Below the pieces are notes generated by a model, which saw only the letters and a program-made list of their open reading frames with translations, was not told where the DNA came from and did not search any database. Made by a program: the position numbers and the translations under genes. This document shows, one piece after another, positions 15,966 through 23,266 of a stretch of 24,664 bases of DNA (the first letter of the stretch is position 1; every line of letters begins with the position of its first letter). The stretch is from Brasilonema angustatum HA4187-MV1 (GTDB lineage: Bacteria > Cyanobacteriota > Cyanobacteriia > Cyanobacteriales > Nostocaceae). The DNA is taken from positions 1-24,664 of the forward strand of contig JAHHGV010000081.1 of the NCBI GenBank assembly GCA_019359695.1. The letters run 5' to 3'.

Positions 15966-17942
15966 ATGAACTCTTCTGTAGACTTGACTCAACATATGAC
16001 CAGCCTGTTTAAGGCTGGCGTGTTGGATGTCAATCTTTTTTCTTACCTCAAGTTACGCAAGCTGAACCCAACCGGACCAGTAACGCTTGACAGCAATGTT
16101 TACTCTGGTACTCAAATAAGTGCTGATTTATTTAACGTTGCGGCAGCACTATGGCAAAAGGGACTGGTCAAAATCAATCCGTTTCCTAACGTAACGGTGA
16201 GATTTTCTAATGAACCAGATGCATTGTCAGAAGCAGAGATACTGCGATCGCAAGATACTATCAGTTCATCAACTCATATCTTCAATGCACTGCAAGGCGA
16301 ATCTTCCAGACTGAACGCTGAGACAGTTGTCATCGATGACGCTTTTCGTACCAGATGGAAAGTTACAACTGATGACCTGCTTAGATATTTACCTGGTGTT
16401 TTGAAAAAAGCGTATGAAGCTGACAGATTAGATACCTTTTATTCTGCTAATCCATCTTTGGTATGGACAGCTACAGCTACACACAACCCCAGTGAGACTA
16501 CGGAAGCTGATTTAAAATCTTTGTTTGCCTTGGGTTTATCCAATGAAGCTTACTTCTTCTGGATTCTCAACGCTTTCTTGGAATTGCGATCGCCCATCCA
16601 AGCCGACCTTGCAGAAATTGGTGACGAGTGGGGACTTGACGCTGATAATGCACTTGGTGCAGCTGCTGACTTGGTTACTGCCAAAGTGATGACAACTTAC
16701 CAAGCGGATTCAATCAACGTAGTTTGGTTAAAAACCTTGTCAACACTTGGCACCGCAGAAATTGATTACGCTGGTGCATTGATGAGCGCAGAAGGCAAAA
16801 TGATGTATCAACTCTGGAAGTACAACAGTCCGGTTGAACCATCTTTGTTTTCAACGCTCAACGGTGTTACTCTAGCTAACTTCTATAAAAACCTTAGAAG
16901 AATCAAAGCAAAAGGCATTATTGATATTAGCACGTCAAATCTCACGGCTACTTGGTCAGCAGTTTACAACCCACCTCCACCATCAAATGCACTGAGGGCA
17001 CCAACAGGTGTTACAGTCACAGCAATCGACTCATCGAAAATTCGGGTGACTTGGACACAGCCAAGCTCAGGAGTTGCTGCAACAAACTGGCGTGTTATGT
17101 ATCGTGTGAAGAATAGCGGTGTTGCTTACTCAGAAAAGAATCCAGCAACTTCACCAGCTGTCGTTACTGGCTTGAGTGCTAGCACAGAGTATGAAGTATA
17201 TGTTTACTCTGAAGGCGGCGGTGACTTGAAACCATCTAACACGGCTTACGGTAGCACGACAGCTGCGAGTAGCGGTGGTAACGCTAGTGGTAGTGGTAGT
17301 GGTAGCGCTAGTGGTGGTAACAACACCCCAACAATCCCAACCAATCACACCATTTGGTTAAAGTTTGACCCAGGTGAACTGCAAACAAACTCTGGAAGCT
17401 ATGGACCAGTTGCAACAACAGGGGACTCAATTACCAGTGTCACCAATAGTGGGCACGGCAACACAGTCAAACTTGGTGAGAATAGTGGTTTTGTTGTGTA
17501 CAATCAACCACAACCAGCTGCATACACCAGAAGCGCTTGGATAAAAATCACAGAATATTTTGATTGGTCTGCTTTGTTTGGAGCAGAGACAGGAACAGAA
17601 GCCAACCGTCACAACTTGATGGTGAATGAAGATCATTCGTTTGCACTGTGGAGTAACTACGATTGGATAGCTACATATGATTGGGTAATTCCGTTGAACC
17701 AGTGGGTACACGTGGCAAGCACCTTTGAGAATGGTGCATTCAAGCTTTATGTAAACGGTGCGCTGGTCATGACTGAGAATAATCTCACTTATGCACCAGA
17801 CTCAACAAACAGCACAGTATTTATTGGATTGATGGGATTTGGAAATGCTTCTTGGAACAACTATATAGATGATGTCGTGTGGTATTCAAGAGCGTTAACC
17901 CAGGCTGAAGTTACGCAGTTGTATCAAGTTACGACTGTGTGA
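15966..17942 (+). CDS. Multidomain protein: four repeats of an approximately 85-aa (winged-helix-like?) domain, an FN3 domain, a Gly/Ser linker and a LamG/concanavalin-A-like lectin domain
   Basis: I prefer the ATG at 15966 (MNSSVDL...) because the upstream part of the track ORF is the octamer repeat. FN3: PTGVTVTAIDSSKIRVTWTQP...STEYEVYVYS. LamG_3-like: AWIKI...WVHVASTFENGAFKLYVNGALV...IDDVVWYSRALTQAEVTQLY. Confidence 0.8.
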   Translation: MNSSVDLTQHMTSLFKAGVLDVNLFSYLKLRKLNPTGPVTLDSNVYSGTQISADLFNVAAALWQKGLVKINPFPNVTVRFSNEPDALSEAEILRSQDTISSSTHIFNALQGESSRLNAETVVIDDAFRTRWKVTTDDLLRYLPGVLKKAYEADRLDTFYSANPSLVWTATATHNPSETTEADLKSLFALGLSNEAYFFWILNAFLELRSPIQADLAEIGDEWGLDADNALGAAADLVTAKVMTTYQADSINVVWLKTLSTLGTAEIDYAGALMSAEGKMMYQLWKYNSPVEPSLFSTLNGVTLANFYKNLRRIKAKGIIDISTSNLTATWSAVYNPPPPSNALRAPTGVTVTAIDSSKIRVTWTQPSSGVAATNWRVMYRVKNSGVAYSEKNPATSPAVVTGLSASTEYEVYVYSEGGGDLKPSNTAYGSTTAASSGGNASGSGSGSASGGNNTPTIPTNHTIWLKFDPGELQTNSGSYGPVATTGDSITSVTNSGHGNTVKLGENSGFVVYNQPQPAAYTRSAWIKITEYFDWSALFGAETGTEANRHNLMVNEDHSFALWSNYDWIATYDWVIPLNQWVHVASTFENGAFKLYVNGALVMTENNLTYAPDSTNSTVFIGLMGFGNASWNNYIDDVVWYSRALTQAEVTQLYQVTTV

Positions 17943-17968
17943 GCATCTCAAAGATTGAGGAGTGAACG

Positions 17969-17996
17969 AAATCACCACAAGGTGATTTTTTTTATT
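17969..17996 (+). terminator. Intrinsic terminator of the LamG protein gene
   Basis: AAATCACC-ACAA-GGTGATTT followed by a T-run. Confidence 0.75.
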
Positions 17997-18056
17997 TGTA
18001 CGGTGGCTAATTGTCTGTCACTGTGACAAATTAATGTCATTCGATAAATTTTTGCT

Positions 18057-18173
18057 CTACTTCAATGAGAGTACTTAACTTGAAGTAGGACTTAAGCCGT
18101 GTGAGCGCGAAAGTTTCATGCACGGTTCGCGCGGGGAGGGGAGAGCAGCGACGCTCGAACCTTACCCGACTAC
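18057..18173 (+). mobile_element. Group II intron 3'-terminal remnant (domain IV stub, domain V, domain VI) with no reverse-transcriptase ORF
   Basis: AAGCCGTGTGAGCGCGAAAGTTTCATGCACGGTTC (18094-18128) fits the domain V consensus: AGC triad, GAAA loop and an ACGGTTC 3' arm. It is followed by a hairpin with a bulged A (CGGGGAGG.../CCTTACCCG) ending in ...CTAC. A 9-bp stem at 18057-18088 lies upstream. Confidence 0.5.
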
Positions 18174-18379
18174 CTGCCATCGACTCAACCCACCCCTGAA
18201 TTTGGAGGGGAGGGTTTTCACTCCATCTCTTCTGGAGTTCATCTGTTATCAGATGGTTATCTTATTTACGGATTAATTACCGAGATTCGGCTAACAACGA
18301 ATCGCACCCCAACATACGGTTATTTGTTGGGATTTACAAAATATCTTTAAGCACGTTTATTTTAATTGGCTTCATGGTT

Positions 18380-18434
18380 GCGGGTTATTTTCGACAAGCG
18401 AGGTGCGCTCACCGTCGAAAATAACCCGCTTGTC
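18380..18434 (+). promoter_or_regulatory. 16-bp perfect inverted repeat with an alternative pairing option, about 140 nt upstream of the Bell-like gene
   Basis: GCGGGTTATTTTCGAC (18380-18395) pairs with GTCGAAAATAACCCGC (18414-18429). GACAAGCG (18393-18400) can alternatively pair with CGCTTGTC (18427-18434). Confidence 0.45.
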
Positions 18435-18568
18435 AGGGTATATTCCACGTTAGTCGGATTTGGTGTAGCGCGACCCAAGACTTGTATGATAAATATGCCG
18501 AGAAATCCAAAAAGTTGTACAGTAAGTTTGTATATATCACTATTAATACTAAATTTAAGTGCAAGCTG

Positions 18569-19027
18569 ATGGTGGAACCTCTAACGGCAGCAGTGATTGT
18601 ATCCTTATTTTTCTCTGAAGCAGTCAAAGAAGGAGGAAAAACGTTAGGTAAAGGTGTGACCGATACATTTACTCAGTTGGTAAATACTATTCGGGAAAAG
18701 TTTCAAGCACATAATATAGATGGAATATTGACACAAGCACAGAAACAACCAACAGAAACGAATAAGACTATTTTTCAAAATGTACTGCAAACTCAAATCG
18801 ATACAGATGAGGCCTTTGCTAACAAACTTAAAGAATTAGTCCAGCAACTACAAGCACAGGATGAAAGGATACGTCAGGTAGTTCTAAGTGGGATTGAATT
18901 AGGTGGCGATTTGAAAACGAAAGACATAAGCCAGAAAGCTATACGAAGTGGTTCAGTTGAGCAGGAAATGCTCAAGCAGGTGAAAGCAACAAACATTGAG
19001 TTGGGTAACTTAACTCAGGAAAGCTAG
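18569..19027 (+). CDS. Bell-like predicted membrane-targeting effector (152 aa) with a C-terminal double copy of the motif shared with the downstream NLR
   Basis: I prefer the ATG at 18569 (MVEPLTAAVIVSLFFSEAV...), giving a hydrophobic N-terminal helix, a helical body, and then VVLSGIELGGDLKTKDISQ and NIELGNLTQ at the C-terminus. The stop is 4 nt before the NLR start. Confidence 0.7.
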   Translation: MVEPLTAAVIVSLFFSEAVKEGGKTLGKGVTDTFTQLVNTIREKFQAHNIDGILTQAQKQPTETNKTIFQNVLQTQIDTDEAFANKLKELVQQLQAQDERIRQVVLSGIELGGDLKTKDISQKAIRSGSVEQEMLKQVKATNIELGNLTQES

Positions 19028-19031
19028 AGAC

Positions 19032-21281
19032 ATGAGCGAGCACCTAAGTCCAGAAGAAATTTTGCAGAGCATTCTCCAGAATGTTCAGATAGGTGGCAAT
19101 CTGACTACAGGGGATATTACCCAAATCCTAAATTTAATAGTTGTTATCAAACAGATTGATTCTTTCAAGCCGACTGAGATTCCTCAAAATGTTCCCCGCA
19201 GTGGCACGATTAAGTTTGTGGGTCGTGCCGAGGCACTAGAGAGGCTGCACCAAATGTTGCAACAGAACAATCAGATAGTGCTTGCTGCTATTGAGGGCAT
19301 GGGTGGAGTTGGGAAAACGGAGTTAGCCACCCAGTATGCACTAATTCACTTGCTAGTTAGCACCTATACGGGTGGTATTTGCTGGTTACGAGCTAGAGAT
19401 GAAGATATTGGTTTGCAAATTGTGCAGTTTGCCATGACAGACTTAGGCTTGCAACCTCCAGATAATTTAGATTTACAACAGCAAACACGTTGGTGCTGGT
19501 CACGTTGGTATCAGGGAAATGTGCTAGTCGTGCTGGATGATGTCAACGATTACCAGAAGGTGGAGCCATACCTACCACCGCAATCACCCCGTTTTAAGGT
19601 GCTAATTACGACACGCTTGCAGTTAGACGACCTGACTGAGTCATCTAGATTTATCTTAGATGTGTTAAGTGAGTCGGCAGCAATTGAACTTCTTGAGGGG
19701 TGGATTGAGGCTTCAAAAATTAAACAGGAATTGGCAGATGCCAAAGAACTTTGTCAATGGCTGGGCTATTTGCCTCTAGCGCTAAATCTAGTAGGACGGT
19801 ATGTTAAGAAGCGGAAACTGTCCTTAGCAGAAATGCTGCGGAGGTTAAAGGAAAAAAAGTTAAGTCATGAATCTTTGGTACGTGATAGCAATGATCGTAC
19901 TTTGGCGTTAAATATTAAGCGTGGAGTTGAAGCTGCCTTTGAGTTGAGTTGGGAAGAATTAAGTAAAGATGCTCAAAAGCTAGGGTGTCTGCTCAGTTTA
20001 TTTGCTTTGGCTCCGTTTCCTTGGTCGCTGGTAGAAAGTGCTGCCCCTGAGCAAGACGCAGAAGAACTGGAAGATGCCAGAGTTGAATTAGAAAACTTGC
20101 ACTTGCTTATGGGTGAAGATAGTTATCAGTTACATCCACTGATTCAAGAGTTTCTCAGAGACAAGCAAAATAACTTAGCTGTTAAAGAAGAACAAAAATA
20201 TAATTACTGCGTTGCAATGGTTGCTGTTGCGGAGAAAATTCCTCAAAGCCTTATATTACAAGAAATTACTACATCCACTATTGTTATCCCCCACCTTGCT
20301 GAAGTTGCCACTGTTTACAATAATTGGTTAAGTGATGAAGATTTAATTATGCCTTTTAGGGCCTTAAGTCGATTTTTTCAAGGTCAAGGAGCTTATGCAC
20401 AAGCTTTACCTTGGTTAGAGCAATGTTTATCAGTTGCAAAAAATCGCTTGGGAGAAGAGCATCCCCATGTTGCCACCAGTTATAACAACTTGGGAGTACT
20501 CTACTGTGAACAAGGACTGTACAACGAAGCTGAACTACTGTACAAAAAAGCATTGGAACTCAGGCTACACCTGCTGGGAGAAGAGCATCCCCATGTCACT
20601 ACCAGTTACAACAACTTAGCAGCAGTCTACCAATCGCTTGGACGGTACAACGAAGCTGAACCATTGTACATTAAAGCATTGGAACTCAGGCTACGCCGGG
20701 GAGAAGAGCATCCCGATGTTGCCACTACTTTCAACAATTTGGCTAATCTCTACCGTGGCCAAAAACGGTACAGTGAAGCTGAACCACTCTACCGAAAAGC
20801 ATTGGAACTCAGGCTACGCCGGGGAGAAGAGCATCCCAATGTTGCCGAGACTTACAACAACCTGGCAGGACTCTACTCAGACCAAGATCGGTACAGTGAA
20901 GCTGAACCACTGTTCATAAAAGCATTGGAACTTTATCAACACTTACTGGGAGAAGAGCATCCCAATGTTGCCACCACTTACAACAACCTGGCAGCAGTCT
21001 ACTCAGACCAAAAACGGTACAGTGAAGCTGAACCACTCTACCGAAAAGCTTTAGAACTAAGGCAACGCTTACTGGGAGAAAAGCATCCTCAGATCGCCAC
21101 CACTTACAACAACTTGGCTAATCTCTACCGTGACCAAGAACGGTACAGTGAAGCTCAACTACTATACCAAAAAGCTTTGAAAATTGCTGAACTTAGCTTA
21201 GGAGTTGATCATGACATTACAAAACTTATCCGTGAAAATATGACAGAAAATATGACATTTTTGGCAGATAATGACGCTTAA
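19032..21281 (+). CDS. NB-ARC (STAND NTPase) protein with C-terminal TPR repeats (NLR architecture) and a short N-terminal signalling motif
   Basis: Walker A is GMGGVGKT (19296-19319), Walker B is VLVVLDDV, plus ITTR and GYLPLAL (GLPL motif). There are about 7 TPR_12-type 42-aa repeats (EEHP.VA..YNNLA.LY..Q.RY.EAEPLY.KALEL). The N-terminus is LQNVQIGGNLTTGDITQ. Confidence 0.9.
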   Translation: MSEHLSPEEILQSILQNVQIGGNLTTGDITQILNLIVVIKQIDSFKPTEIPQNVPRSGTIKFVGRAEALERLHQMLQQNNQIVLAAIEGMGGVGKTELATQYALIHLLVSTYTGGICWLRARDEDIGLQIVQFAMTDLGLQPPDNLDLQQQTRWCWSRWYQGNVLVVLDDVNDYQKVEPYLPPQSPRFKVLITTRLQLDDLTESSRFILDVLSESAAIELLEGWIEASKIKQELADAKELCQWLGYLPLALNLVGRYVKKRKLSLAEMLRRLKEKKLSHESLVRDSNDRTLALNIKRGVEAAFELSWEELSKDAQKLGCLLSLFALAPFPWSLVESAAPEQDAEELEDARVELENLHLLMGEDSYQLHPLIQEFLRDKQNNLAVKEEQKYNYCVAMVAVAEKIPQSLILQEITTSTIVIPHLAEVATVYNNWLSDEDLIMPFRALSRFFQGQGAYAQALPWLEQCLSVAKNRLGEEHPHVATSYNNLGVLYCEQGLYNEAELLYKKALELRLHLLGEEHPHVTTSYNNLAAVYQSLGRYNEAEPLYIKALELRLRRGEEHPDVATTFNNLANLYRGQKRYSEAEPLYRKALELRLRRGEEHPNVAETYNNLAGLYSDQDRYSEAEPLFIKALELYQHLLGEEHPNVATTYNNLAAVYSDQKRYSEAEPLYRKALELRQRLLGEKHPQIATTYNNLANLYRDQERYSEAQLLYQKALKIAELSLGVDHDITKLIRENMTENMTFLADNDA

Positions 21282-21844
21282 CGCCAGTCAAGTTAAAAAT
21301 TATAAATAAGCTGGGTGGTGCAGGAAGTCCGCCAAAGAGCTAAAACGTTGACCTGATGGCTCAAAGTATTAACGCTGTTGGGCGTTAAATATAACGGCTT
21401 TTATTTTGGATAACTGAAAAGTTTTAGAGGTCTACTTTAGGGTAGACCATATAAAAACACTGCACAATCGCAAAAGCAATTGATAAAGCAAGCATATGAC
21501 GTCAGTTTGCTTAGTTTATTTGTACTAATAACTCTAGGCGATGTGGTATTTTTTACTATCAAAGTTTACCATTGTGTTGAAGCAATACTATTTTGCTCGT
21601 CTACAACCCAATTCAATTAACGCTCCTTTGAACCACAGCCGTGACTCCTTAACGGTTGTTTTTTTATTGGTAAAATAGTAGCGCTGGTACTCTCCATAAG
21701 GAGTTTACTTTTAAGTCCAATAACAAAAATGCGATCGCGTGTGAATGGTCGCGATCGCTTTACTAATTCCTTTTGTGTTGGACTGATTCCACTCAGATAT
21801 GCTCTAAAGCTTTATATACCATCAAAATAGACATGAAATTCAAC

Positions 21845-22148
21845 GACAAGCCTAAAAAAGTACTCTTCAACATATTCTTAGAGGAAACTGAGTTTTTAAC
21901 AGATTTTCTTAGAGGAAAGTCTAAATTCTGATTGACAAGCTCATAAAAAACACTCTTTAACATATTCTTAGAGGAAACCAAGCTTGCAAGAGATTTTCTT
22001 AGAGGAAAGTCTTGCTGTAAGAAACTGCGTTCATGAAAGATTTTCTTAGAGGAAAGTCTGATTTATCACTGACGAGCCTAAAAAAGCACTCTTCAACATA
22101 TTCTTAGAGGAAACTAAGTTCGCGGGAGATTTTCTTAGAGGAAAGTCT
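21845..22148 (+). repeat. Iteron cluster: 7 direct copies of TTCTTAGAGGAAA(C/G) organised as three units of about 78 bp plus a half unit. Candidate origin or centromere.
   Basis: Copies start at 21875, 21906, 21965, 21996, 22043, 22101 and 22132. They lie inside a roughly 0.9-kb non-coding stretch (21282-22221). Confidence 0.75.
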
Positions 22149-22221
22149 TACTTTTTGTTTTCAAACAAAAAAAGAGGAACTATGATGCGTCTGGAGAGTC
22201 CCCCCACATCTAAGTTAACTT

Positions 22222-22809
22222 TTAGATACAAGAAATACTAACATTCTCTAAAAATTGAGCTTGCTTGTCGTTAAGACAGTACACATTTTCTTTCCAGTTA
22301 CCTGAAAATTTGGCGTGCCACACTTTTGCAGGTAAATAATCAATCTTGGCATTTGCTGCACACTGCTCATCGTGCAACAAGTCACCAATAAACCATATGT
22401 CGTCTAAGCGCCCGTATTCTTCAAGCGCTTTCTGAATCATTCCAAGCTCAGGTTTTCTAAAAGAGTTTTGATTACCACGTCTAGAGTAGACAAACGAATG
22501 GGGAAGAACTTTATACACCTCCTCGCCGTCGCTTGGGGCAAAGTAAATTTTACTAACCTGGGGTAAAAGGTTCATGGTTGCCTGCATCTCTTCAATGCAC
22601 TCCAACGGAGATTTAAGAATTGGTACACAGCTTTGATTACTTATCCCAACTATGTCGTACCCATGCAACTTAAATGATTCTACCCCCGCCTGCACTCCTG
22701 GAATAAGTTTTATATCCTCTTTAGCTGGAGACTGCTTAAATGATTTTCCGCTTTTGGAGAAAGTCAAGGTATTGTCAACACTGCAAAATATTAGTTTCTT
22801 GGTAGTCAT
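22222..22809 (-). CDS. HAD-superfamily phosphatase-like protein (GmhB/histidinol-phosphatase/PNK 3'-phosphatase-like subfamily pattern)
   Basis: Motif I region is LIFCSVDNTLT, motif II GISNQS, then RKPELGM, and motif IV FIGDLLHDEQ. Confidence 0.7.
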   Translation of the reverse strand: MTTKKLIFCSVDNTLTFSKSGKSFKQSPAKEDIKLIPGVQAGVESFKLHGYDIVGISNQSCVPILKSPLECIEEMQATMNLLPQVSKIYFAPSDGEEVYKVLPHSFVYSRRGNQNSFRKPELGMIQKALEEYGRLDDIWFIGDLLHDEQCAANAKIDYLPAKVWHAKFSGNWKENVYCLNDKQAQFLENVSISCI

Positions 22810-23266
22810 GACTTAACAAGGAATGTTTGTAAAACAAAAGCGATCACAGCAAAGCGATCGCACTCCATAAATAGCAATAATCTACTAGTTACATAATAAA
22901 AGCGATCGCATTACACAATCGCTGAATCCATGCCAAATAACAGAATTACAAGAAAAATACTTGTCACTAACCATCATATAAAAAAACGACTAGTGGGAGT
23001 AGTCGCGTAAAGCATGAGCCTTATTTTCAATAGCTAGAAAAGGTATCTACCTGATAGCATTTTTAAAAATTATTGTCAAGCTTTAAGAAGAGTTCATTCT
23101 TCAAGTTTTCAATTCTTTTGGATTCCTCAGCAGTTGTTCATGACTAAGGTATTTACTGGTGTAGTTGTGAACAAGCACCTTGTTCAAGGGTGCAAGGGTG
23201 CTACTGAGTTGCACCCTCTTCGACTTTATGTGTTTTTTATACACACAACCAAGAGAAATAAGCCAA

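Noticed and set aside
18482-18568. 29-codon N-terminal extension of the Bell-like ORF, plus overlapping ORFs at 18366-18569(+) and 18433-18627(-)
   Set aside because: The stretch is AT-rich and low-complexity (MYDKYAEKSKKLYSKFVYITINTKFKCKL). The hydrophobic N-terminus typical of this protein class begins at the internal ATG at 18569.
21404-21414. DnaA-box-like TTATCCAAA (reverse strand)
   Set aside because: It is a single 8/9 match. This is not enough to call a DnaA-dependent origin.
21793-21981. 62-aa minus-strand ORF
   Set aside because: It lies entirely within the iteron units, and its internal repetition (SSKNMLKS twice) is just the translated DNA repeat.
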